Notes under the pieces: model-generated
Seen by the model: only the letters and a program-made list of their open reading frames with translations
What the model was told of the DNA's origin: nothing
The model's database searches: none
Translations under genes and position numbers: made by a program
Assembly: GCA_963764615.1 (NCBI GenBank)
Contig: CAVXTF010000002.1
Span: 1,107,002-1,171,001, forward strand
Direction: 5' to 3'
Source of the DNA: an uncultured Acidimicrobiales bacterium
GTDB taxonomy: Bacteria > Actinomycetota > Acidimicrobiia > Acidimicrobiales > CAVXTF01
Length of the DNA: 64,000 nucleotides
Shown: positions 43,291-55,632 of the stretch, piece by piece
Position numbering within the stretch: the first letter of the stretch is position 1
Layout of the letters: each line of letters starts with the position of its first letter

Positions 43291-44375
43291 CATGGACGAG
43301 CTCGTCGAAGGCTGCCGGCATCGGCGGCGTCGAGGCTGCCGGACGCCGCTCGACAGCCTGGGCATGCACGAGGCAACCGCTTCTCTGCCCGAGCAGGTGG
43401 CCGCAGCCATCGGTGCCGCCGGCCGGGGCCTCGACGGGCTGCCCGACCGCGAGAACGTGGAGCAGGTGGTCGTCCTCGGCATGGGCGGAAGCGGGCTCGC
43501 CGGCGACGTCCTGGTCGCCGTGGCGGTCCCGTTCCTCCCCGTGCCCGTGACCGTCGTCAAGTCCTACGAGCTGCCCGATTTCGTCGGACGCGAGTCGCTC
43601 GTGTTCGCGGTGTCGTTCTCCGGAGACACAGAGGAGACGGTGGAGGCGGCCGGCGAGTCATTCGAGGCGGGCGCGTCACTCGTTGCGGTGACAGGTGGCG
43701 GAGAGCTGCAGAGGCTCGCAGAGGAATGGGGCGCCCCCGTCGTCCACGTGCCGGGCACGATTCCCCAGCCCCGGTCCGCCCTCGGAGCCATGGCGGTGCC
43801 GCCTCTGATCGTCCTCGAGGACATTGGTCTGTTCCCTGGTGCGACTGGATGGGTCGATCTCGCAGTGGAGCAGCTGTCGCGCAGGCGGGACCGGCTCGTG
43901 CGTCCCGGAAGCGAGGCCGAGGTCATCGCGCGGAGGATCGGCAGGACCATCCCTCTGCTCCACGGCGCCCAAGCCGTGGGTGCTGCGGCCGCAATGCGGT
44001 GGAAGACCCAGGTGAACGAGAATGCGAAGAGCCCCGCGTTCTACTCGGTCTATCCCGAGCTCGGCCACAACGAGGTCGCCGGATGGGGCCAGCTCGGCGA
44101 CGTGACCCGCCAGGTGCTGACTCTCGTCAATCTCCGCCACGACGCCGAGCATCCCCAGGTCGCACGGCGGTTCCCGATCGTCACCGAGATGCTGCGCGAA
44201 GTGGTGGCCGACGTGATCGAGGTCCGCGGCGAAGGGCGAGGGCGACCTGGCCCAGCTGCTCGATCTGATCCTGATCGGGGACTTCGTGTCGCTTCACTTG
44301 GCGGCTTTCGAGGGCATAGATCCCGGGCCTATCCCCGTTCTCGACGAACTGAAGCGTCTCCTGCGCGCAGGATGA
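43287..44375 (+). CDS. Bifunctional phosphoglucose/phosphomannose isomerase (SIS domain); frameshifts near the start and near 44235
   Basis: GMGGSG, SFSGDTEET, RWKTQVNENAK, PEL.HNE and GDFVS...GIDP.P. Confidence 0.88.
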
Positions 44376-44502
44376 CCTGGGTGGGGCCGAAAGCTCGGGG
44401 GGTAGCGGATTCGGCCGTTTCGATACCGGGCGGACCTGCACGTATCCTTTGGGGCCCGCCTGACGTCTTCGGGCCATGCAATCCACTGATCGAGGAGCAC
44501 AG

Positions 44503-45951
<1,449 letters not shown>

Positions 45952-46018
45952 TCGCGCACGGCCAACTGATGGCCAACTGCCGCTGGTCTGACCCGCCGGC
46001 TTCTTCAGACGGTCACTG

Positions 46019-47230
46019 TCAGGCGTCGACCCAATCAGAACCGTTCCAGCGCCGGCGTGCGGTGAAGGTCGTACCGTCCCAGTATCGCAACGTCTCTGCG
46101 TCTTCGCCCTCGGGATACCACCCTGGAGCGCTACCGACGGACGCGTCGGCATGATGATCGGTCGCCGCAGGCGCGTCCAGCGAGGACACCCAACCGGGGT
46201 CGGCTGCCGCAAAGGGATCGTGCTCGGGATGGCCGGGAAGGTCCGGTCGGCCGGGTAGCACAGGCGGCGGACCGGGCGGGTCCCCGGGCGACATGCCGAC
46301 GTGGGAATCGGCGTGTCGTCTGGTTGTCCGCAGGCCGCGCCCGCGCGGAGCCGGAGCTGCGACCGGAGCCGGAGCTGCGACCGGAGCCGGAGCTGCGAAA
46401 GGAGCCGGAGTTGCAGTCGGAGTCGGAGTCGGCATTGCGCCCGGCAGGCCCGCTGCCGCAACGACGGGTTGTGCGCGCCTCCGGCGAACCATGACGAACG
46501 CGATCACCGCTCCGGCGACGATCACCACTCCGCCGACGACGTCGCCGATGATGACAGCGGTATCGGTGCCCCCGCCGGAGCTCGACGACGAGCCCGCAGG
46601 AGCCGACCTCGGCAAAGCGTCCAGCTGATCACCCACAACCTGCTCGACGGCGGAGTTGGCGAGCGGGCTAGTACCGAACGACGCGATCAGCTCGAGAAGG
46701 TTGCCCTTCGTCGCTGTCCCCACCGTCACGCTCTGCGTCGTGTCCGAGCACGTCGCGATCGCGGAGTCGGGGACGTTCGGTATCGGGGAAGTCGGAACGG
46801 AATTGGCGTTGGTGGCACCGCTGCAGAAACCCGACGCCAGACTTGCGGCGGTGATGTCCTGGGTCTCCGAACCGATCGACTCAACGAGGAAAACGACGAG
46901 CGAGTCAGCAGAAGCTCCTTGCGGCGACTGCCAACCTCCGACCGCGGACGAGAACGTCTGGTTGGCGGTTTCCAGGCGTTGGAACTCGGTTTCGATTTGG
47001 GTCTGGAAGTCCCCGGTCTCCGCCGAAGAGAGGTTCGACCAACCGGCTTCCGGGTCCGAGATGATGAGGGCGGACAGAGTGGGATCCCCGGTTGCGTGCG
47101 CGGGCGGAGCTGTGAGGAACAGGGCTCCCGCCACAACGAGCAGCACTGCGAAAGCCGTGGCGACGGGAGACCTGAGCCGAATACGACTCGTAGCTACGTG
47201 TTCGATTGGGTTCACTCGACTTCCCTGCAA
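46019..47230 (-). CDS. Type I membrane protein with C-terminal DUF2510
   Basis: Signal peptide, extracellular domain, TM plus RRRR, Pro/Ala repeat and PGWYP....LRYWDG..FT. Confidence 0.78.
   Translation of the reverse strand: MQGSRVNPIEHVATSRIRLRSPVATAFAVLLVVAGALFLTAPPAHATGDPTLSALIISDPEAGWSNLSSAETGDFQTQIETEFQRLETANQTFSSAVGGWQSPQGASADSLVVFLVESIGSETQDITAASLASGFCSGATNANSVPTSPIPNVPDSAIATCSDTTQSVTVGTATKGNLLELIASFGTSPLANSAVEQVVGDQLDALPRSAPAGSSSSSGGGTDTAVIIGDVVGGVVIVAGAVIAFVMVRRRRAQPVVAAAGLPGAMPTPTPTATPAPFAAPAPVAAPAPVAAPAPRGRGLRTTRRHADSHVGMSPGDPPGPPPVLPGRPDLPGHPEHDPFAAADPGWVSSLDAPAATDHHADASVGSAPGWYPEGEDAETLRYWDGTTFTARRRWNGSDWVDA
46348..46432. repeat. 18-bp tandem repeat (PAPVAA) in the DUF2510 gene
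   Basis: ggagccggagctgcgacc x3-4. Confidence 0.8.
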
Positions 47231-47259
47231 GCGGCCCGCCTGGCTCCCGATGAGGGTCG

Positions 47260-47265
47260 TAGACT
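47260..47265 (+). promoter_or_regulatory. -10 element for the raiA RNA
   Basis: TAGACT ends 9 nt before the 5' arm of the closing stem. Confidence 0.55.
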
Positions 47266-47274
47266 ACCGGGGTG

Positions 47275-47532
47275 GGTCGCGCCCGGGTCTGTGGTTGCAA
47301 GTCGAAGCCAGCCGCAGGCGAAACGACCCACGTAAGGCAACTCGTGGTTGCTGAGCATGGTGCGGCTTAGAGGTAAGGCCTGCCCGCCGGTCGCCGATCA
47401 CCGGTTCCCGGCGGAGAAGGAGTCAAGCGGGTATTGAGGAGGGCGCTGTAGGGCCTTTGGCCGCCGGCACCCGCCCGTGAGCTCCTCAGCAGGCGAGTGT
47501 GGGGCCAAAGACCAGGTCAGCCGGGCGCGACC
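47275..47532 (+). ncRNA. raiA: raiA motif RNA
   Basis: 12-bp closing stem GGTCGCGCCCGG (47275-86) / CCGGGCGCGACC (47521-32). Conserved blocks recognised from memory: TGTGGTTG.AAGTCGA.GCCAG.CGCAGGC.AAACGA.CCACGTAAG, TGAGCATGGTGCGGCTTAGA.GTAAG.CCTGCC and CAGCAGGCGAGTGTGGGG.CAAAGACCAGGTCA. Lies upstream of hpf. Confidence 0.88.
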
Positions 47533-47620
47533 TGCACGTACCGCCCGTCGCGGCAACAGAGCAGAAAGCGATCAGCGACCAAGCGGCGACCGCGCCGACC
47601 GACAGTGCGGCGACGGGGCA

Positions 47621-47746
47621 AAGGGAGCAAGGGAGCAAGGGAGCCGGAGTAAAGGGAGCCGGAGCAAGGGGAGCCGGAGCAAGGGGAGCCGGAGCAAGGG
47701 GAGCCGGAGTAAAAGCAGGAGTACGGAGAGCAACGGAGCAAAGGAG
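47621..47746 (+). repeat. Purine-rich GGAG array (15-bp unit GGAGCCGGAGYAARG x5 plus flanking copies)
   Basis: 16 GGAG tetramers counted by eye between 47624 and 47746. Confidence 0.9.
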
Positions 47747-47752
47747 AACATC

Positions 47753-48082
47753 ATGGACGTCGATTTCCTCGGTGCTCAAGGGTCCATCTCCGAAGATCTC
47801 CGTGAGCGCGCCGTTGCCAAGATCGGCCGGCTCGGGCGCTTCGCCCCACTGCTCGAGCGCGCGGAGCTCCGCCTGACCCACGATGCGGACCGGTCCGCCG
47901 CGACCCGTTGGGCCTGTCATGCCGTGTTACGTGGGCACGGCCACGAGCTGCACGGGCGAGCCGAGGCGACCGATCCGCTCACAGCCGTCGACTTCGTGGT
48001 GGAAAAGCTCGAGCGCCAGGTGGAACGCCTGAAAGGCAAGCTGATCGATCGGTCCCACCCGAGACACGAGCAGACGAGCTGA
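47753..48082 (+). CDS. hpf: Ribosome hibernation promoting factor (short HPF/RaiA)
   Basis: S30AE-like fold pattern (ISEDLRE...KIGRL...D...A.D.V.EKLERQV...K.K); RBS AAGGAG; precedes secA. Confidence 0.85.
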   Translation: MDVDFLGAQGSISEDLRERAVAKIGRLGRFAPLLERAELRLTHDADRSAATRWACHAVLRGHGHELHGRAEATDPLTAVDFVVEKLERQVERLKGKLIDRSHPRHEQTS

Positions 48083-48199
48083 GGCCGGCCTTCCCGGTCA
48101 CCGCCGGTCCCTCCCGGTCACCGCTGGTCCCTCCCGGGCCGCTGATGAAGCTTCCTGAACGACTGTCCGGCGATGCCCCGGCGGTAGAATGATGACCCC

Positions 48200-51001
<2,802 letters not shown>

Positions 51002-51075
51002 CGTTCGGGCGGTGCGCGGGGCTGAGGTCGCAGCCCCGGGCCGCGAGCTCAGAGACGACTCGGACCGGCACGCTG

Positions 51076-52203
51076 GTGCCGGGTACTGAGCCGCCGCGCG
51101 ACGCCAAGGCCGAGCTCGCAGATCTTCGGTCGCGGCTGACCGAGGCTGAGGCGTACCTGGGTCTCGAGCGCCTGCGTGAGCGTCGCGACGAGCTGGCAGA
51201 AGAAGTCTCGCGTCCTGACTTGTGGGACGACCCTGACCGCGCGCGCGTCGTCACGACCGAGCTCGGCGGTTTGAACGACGACATCTCGCTTCTGGAGGAT
51301 CTCGCATCGCGCCAGTCCGACGCCGAGGTTCTCTACGAGCTGATGGTCGAGGAGGGTGACGACTCGGTTGCCGCAGAGCTCCACCAGCAGATAGACGACC
51401 TGCTGCGTCGGATGCAGGCGCTCGAGATGAGGTCGCTGTTCGCAGGCGAGCACGACGCGAACGACGCCATCCTCGAATTGCATGCAGGGTCAGGCGGGAC
51501 CGATGCGCAGGACTGGTGCGAGATGCTCCTGCGGATGTACCTGAGATGGGCGGAGAGACGGGGTTTTGGCACGGAGGTCGACGAGGTGACCGAGGGTCAG
51601 GAGGCGGGCCTGCTGTCGGCGACGGTCATCGTGAAGGGTCGGTTCGCCTACGGGCTGCTCTCGGCCGAACGTGGGGTGCACCGCCTGGTTCGCATGTCAC
51701 CGTTCGACTCGCAGAAACGGCGCCAGACGAGCTTCGCGACGGTATCCGTCACCCCTTTCCTCGAAGACGCCGTGTCCGAGGTGGACATAGACGAGAAGGA
51801 CCTGCGCATCGACACCTACCGCTCGTCGGGTGCGGGAGGCCAACACGTCAACAAGACAGATTCCGCAGTACGGCTCACTCACCTGCCGACCGGGATCGTC
51901 GTGTCCTGTCAGAACGAGCGCAGCCAGCACCAGAACAAGGCACGGGCGATGCAGATCCTCGCCGCCAAGCTGGCGGACCGCCAGGCAGAAGAGCGCAGGG
52001 CCGAGCTCGAGACGCTCTCCGGACCGAAGCTGGAAGTGACCTGGGGGAGCCAGATCCGCTCGTACGTGATGGCTCCGTACCGGATGGTGAAGGACCACAG
52101 GACGGATTACGAGACGGGGAACGTCGACGCTGTCTTGGACGGTGACATCGACGAGCTCATCGAGGCGGAGCTGAGGCGCCGCCGCAGGCTCGGTGATGAC
52201 TGA
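51076..52203 (+). CDS. prfB: Peptide chain release factor 2 (no programmed frameshift)
   Basis: SPF tripeptide, GVHRLVR and GAGGQHVN; start inferred. Confidence 0.95.
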   Translation: MPGTEPPRDAKAELADLRSRLTEAEAYLGLERLRERRDELAEEVSRPDLWDDPDRARVVTTELGGLNDDISLLEDLASRQSDAEVLYELMVEEGDDSVAAELHQQIDDLLRRMQALEMRSLFAGEHDANDAILELHAGSGGTDAQDWCEMLLRMYLRWAERRGFGTEVDEVTEGQEAGLLSATVIVKGRFAYGLLSAERGVHRLVRMSPFDSQKRRQTSFATVSVTPFLEDAVSEVDIDEKDLRIDTYRSSGAGGQHVNKTDSAVRLTHLPTGIVVSCQNERSQHQNKARAMQILAAKLADRQAEERRAELETLSGPKLEVTWGSQIRSYVMAPYRMVKDHRTDYETGNVDAVLDGDIDELIEAELRRRRRLGDD

Positions 52204-52338
52204 AATGATCACTGACCGTCCATGGACCACGTCGGTCCTGCTGCTAGCGTTCGAGGTGATGCGCCGCAAAGCGCGGTTTGCACTGTGCGTGCGAGCCGCT
52301 TCAGGCCGCGGCCACCCACACTTCGCGTCTGTTCAACG

Positions 52339-53025
52339 ATGATCCGCTTCGACAACGTAACCAAGACCTACAAGGCGGGCTCGGTCGCTGTCCGTGACGT
52401 GTCGATCGAGATCGACAAGGGCGAATTCGTCTTTCTGGTCGGGCCTTCCGGTTCGGGGAAGACGACTCTCATCCGCCTGCTGCTCCGAGAGGAGCTGCCG
52501 GACTCGGGCAAGATCTGGGTGGCTGGCAAGGACGTGGGAGCCATGAGCAGCTGGCGGGTCCCGTACCTGAGGCGGAACATCGGTTGCGTGTTCCAGGACT
52601 TCCGGCTGCTTCCCAACAAGACCGTCTTCGAGAATGTCGCATTCGCACTCGAGGTGATCGGGCGCCCGAGGCACGTGATCGTCACGCAGGTACCTCAGGT
52701 TCTCGACCTGGTCGGCCTCGGCAAGAAACGCGATCGTCTGCCCAGTGAGCTCTCAGGAGGCGAGCAACAGCGCGTCGCGGTTGCAAGGGCGTTCGTGAAC
52801 CGGCCGCTCATCCTGCTCGCAGACGAGCCGACAGGAAACCTCGACCCTGGCACGAGTCAGGGGATCATGCGACTGCTCGACCGCATAGGCCGGACCGGGA
52901 CCACCGTGGTGGTTGCAACGCACGACGCCAACATCGTCGACCAGATGCGCAGGCGCGTCATCGAGCTCGACCAGGGCTCGCTCGTTCGCGATCAGCGTCG
53001 CGGTGTCTACGGCTACGGGACCTGA
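52339..53025 (+). CDS. ftsE: Cell division ATP-binding protein FtsE
   Basis: [33 protein letters not shown] and the RD..RG.Y end. Confidence 0.94.
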   Translation: MIRFDNVTKTYKAGSVAVRDVSIEIDKGEFVFLVGPSGSGKTTLIRLLLREELPDSGKIWVAGKDVGAMSSWRVPYLRRNIGCVFQDFRLLPNKTVFENVAFALEVIGRPRHVIVTQVPQVLDLVGLGKKRDRLPSELSGGEQQRVAVARAFVNRPLILLADEPTGNLDPGTSQGIMRLLDRIGRTGTTVVVATHDANIVDQMRRRVIELDQGSLVRDQRRGVYGYGT

Positions 53026-53045
53026 CAGGCGTAGGTGGACGACTG

Positions 53046-53921
53046 ATGGCACTCTCAGCCCGGTACGTGGCGCGCGAAGCCGGGGCGAACCTGTGGCGCA
53101 ACCGGCTGATGACGTCGGTGGCGATCCTGACCGTGTTCGTGACGCTCGCGCTCGCGGGCTCCGCTCTGCTGCTGCGCCAGGCCGTCGCCACCGCGACGAT
53201 CCAGTGGCAGAACGGTGTGAGCGTGATCGTCTTCGTCGATCCCGGGGTCACGGCGACGCAGAGCCACACCGTCTACCAGGAGCTCGTGCAGATCCCGTAC
53301 GTCAAGTCGTGCTTCTACCGGTCGCAGGCCTACGACTTCGCGGAGGCAAAGCGCATAACGTCTCCGGTGTACAGCTTCGTACTCACCGAAGCGACGACTC
53401 CTTCCTCATACCGGTGCGTCCTCGACAGTCCGAGCGAGGCGGCAGGCATCGTCTCTCAGTTCCACAACCAGCCGAACGTCAAGAACGTCAGCTCGCCCGC
53501 CCAGGCGATAAAGAACATCGAGACGTTCGTGCACATCTCTCAATGGGTCCTCTTCGTTCTCGCGTTCGTTCTGCTCCTTTCTGCGACGGTCCTGATCCTG
53601 AACACGATCCGTCTCGCGATCTTCGCCCGAAGACGCGAGGTCGCAGTCATGAAGCTCGTCGGCGCGACCAATTGGTTCATACGGATCCCGTTCATGTGCG
53701 AGGGGCTGGTCCAGGGGCTCATCGGGGCGGTTCTGTCGCTCGGAGCGGTCTTCGCACTGAATGCGTGGCTGCACGCCTACACCAACAACCCCAACCACCA
53801 GACCAACCTCGACGTGCCGACCGGCGAGCTGACGGTCATAGTCATCTTCATCGTGCTCGTCGGTGTCGTGATCGGCGTGGCCGGCTCCGCATTTGCCGTC
53901 AGGCGCTTCCTGGACACCTGA
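53046..53921 (+). CDS. ftsX: Cell division permease FtsX
   Basis: NL.RN.LM and NTIRLAIFARRRE..VMKLVGATNWFIR.PF..EG. Confidence 0.94.
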   Translation: MALSARYVAREAGANLWRNRLMTSVAILTVFVTLALAGSALLLRQAVATATIQWQNGVSVIVFVDPGVTATQSHTVYQELVQIPYVKSCFYRSQAYDFAEAKRITSPVYSFVLTEATTPSSYRCVLDSPSEAAGIVSQFHNQPNVKNVSSPAQAIKNIETFVHISQWVLFVLAFVLLLSATVLILNTIRLAIFARRREVAVMKLVGATNWFIRIPFMCEGLVQGLIGAVLSLGAVFALNAWLHAYTNNPNHQTNLDVPTGELTVIVIFIVLVGVVIGVAGSAFAVRRFLDT

Positions 53922-53927
53922 GCTCCG

Positions 53928-54815
53928 GTGGGGGCCCTCGAACTGATCGACGACTGGCCCGAGCCGCACGCCGCGGCGGGTGTGCTCGTCTGCGGCGGGT
54001 CGACCGTCGAGCTGGTCGCCGCCAGAGGTGATCTCGATGCCGTCGCCGAGTGGGCATCTGTAACCAAACTGCTCGTGGCTGTCGCAGTGCTGGTGGCCGC
54101 CGAACGGGGGGTCCTGGACCTGGACGACCCCGCTGGGCCACCTGGGTCGACCGTCAGGCATCTGCTCTCCCACGCGTCCGGTCTCGGCCCCGACAGCACT
54201 GAGCCGCTCACATCGCCCGGAGTCAGGCGGATCTACTCGAACGCCGGGTTCGAGGTGCTCGCCCGCTGCCTCGAGGTCAGGCCCGACGTCCAACGGCCCG
54301 AGGTCAGGCCGGGCCCAGGCTGGCGCGAGGTCGTGGCGGACACGGTCACCGGCCCCCTCGGCCTCGGTGCGACCCGAGTCCCACCTGGTGGCTCTCCGGC
54401 ATCGGGCGCACGAGGGCCTATCCGGGACCTGCTCTCGTTGGCGTCCGAGTTGTTGTTGCCCCGCACCCTGGACGCGGACTTGGTCCTGACGGCAACCGAG
54501 GTTGCGTTTCCCGGTCTGCCCGGCGTGGTCCCGGGGATAGGCCGCTACAGCGATTGCGACTGGGGCCTCGGGTTCGAGCTCAAGTCCTCCAAGCGGCCGC
54601 ACTGGACCGCCACCACGGGATCCCCGGGCACGTTCGGGCACTTCGGGCGCTCGGGGGCCTTCTTATGGGTCGATCCCGTAGCCGGCGTGGCGTGCGCATC
54701 TGCCGGAGGAGCACCCTTCGGCCCGTGGGCCGTGGAGCAGTGGCCGAGATTCTCCGACACCGTCTTGAGCGAGTGGGCGGGCGGTCGACGCCGATTCGGC
54801 GCGACAGACGCGTGA
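53928..54815 (+). CDS. Serine hydrolase, beta-lactamase family
   Basis: ASVTK (SxxK), LLSHASG, YSN and FGHFG.SG. Confidence 0.88.
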   Translation: MGALELIDDWPEPHAAAGVLVCGGSTVELVAARGDLDAVAEWASVTKLLVAVAVLVAAERGVLDLDDPAGPPGSTVRHLLSHASGLGPDSTEPLTSPGVRRIYSNAGFEVLARCLEVRPDVQRPEVRPGPGWREVVADTVTGPLGLGATRVPPGGSPASGARGPIRDLLSLASELLLPRTLDADLVLTATEVAFPGLPGVVPGIGRYSDCDWGLGFELKSSKRPHWTATTGSPGTFGHFGRSGAFLWVDPVAGVACASAGGAPFGPWAVEQWPRFSDTVLSEWAGGRRRFGATDA

Positions 54816-54831
54816 CCGTATGCTCCGGGCC

Positions 54832-55584
54832 GTGAAAGGAGTCATCCTCGCCGGCGGGTCCGGAACGCGCCTACATCCGCTCACCCGGATCACGAACAAG
54901 CACCTGCTGCCGATATACGACCGCCCGATGATCAACTACTCGATCGAGGCTCTAGTGCGGGCCGGCATAGACGAGGTGATGCTCGTCACCGGTGGAACCC
55001 ACGCCGGGGAGTTCCTGAGGCTTCTTGGAAGCGGTCACGAGCACGGCCTCGAACGACTGTCGTACGCGTACCAGGACAGGCCGGGTGGCATCGCCGAAGC
55101 CCTCGGGCTAGCGAAGAAGTTCTGCGGGTCGGATCCGGTGCTCGTGATGCTCGCGGACAACCTCGTCGAGTACACGTTCTCCAAGACGGTCGAGCGCTTC
55201 TTGGCGCAGAGGACCGGAGCGCGCATCATCCTCTCCGAGCCGGACGACGCAACGCACTTGCGGAACCTCGGAGTGCCCGAGCTCGACGAGCACGGCCGGA
55301 TCGTGAGGATCGTGGAGAAGCCCGAAGATCCTCCGAGCCGCTACGCGGTGACGGGCATCTACTGCTACGACCCCGAGGTCTTCAAGGTGATCGACACGCT
55401 TGAACCTTCAGGTCGCGGCGAGCTCGAGATCACCGACGTGAACAACTGGTATGTCGAAGCCGGTGCCATGGAGTACGACGTCCTCGACGGCTTCTGGGGG
55501 GATGCCGGCGAGTCGATCGACGCGTACTACGCGGTCAACGACTTCGTCCGGTCGAGCGGCGTCAACAAGGACACCCAGGAATAA
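54832..55584 (+). CDS. rfbA: Glucose-1-phosphate thymidylyltransferase (short form)
   Basis: KGVILAGGSGTRL.P.T...NKHLLP.YD.PMI, VEKP and SGRGELEITDVN; TATGCT 7 nt upstream of the GTG. Confidence 0.85.
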   Translation: MKGVILAGGSGTRLHPLTRITNKHLLPIYDRPMINYSIEALVRAGIDEVMLVTGGTHAGEFLRLLGSGHEHGLERLSYAYQDRPGGIAEALGLAKKFCGSDPVLVMLADNLVEYTFSKTVERFLAQRTGARIILSEPDDATHLRNLGVPELDEHGRIVRIVEKPEDPPSRYAVTGIYCYDPEVFKVIDTLEPSGRGELEITDVNNWYVEAGAMEYDVLDGFWGDAGESIDAYYAVNDFVRSSGVNKDTQE

Positions 55585-55632
55585 CGCCCTAAAGGCTGCC
55601 TTACAAGAACCCTAAGATGCCTCGCAAGAACC

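Noticed and set aside
44376-44502. SAH riboswitch upstream of ahcY
   Set aside because: The GAGGAGCG...CAGGCTC...CGCTC core was not found by eye. A covariance search would be definitive.
47477-47752. 201-aa ORF-track version of HPF
   Set aside because: Its start lies inside the raiA RNA, and a strong RBS precedes ATG 47753.
51076-51200. Programmed +1 frameshift in prfB
   Set aside because: No CTT-TGA-C site; the frame reads through AYLGLE uninterrupted.
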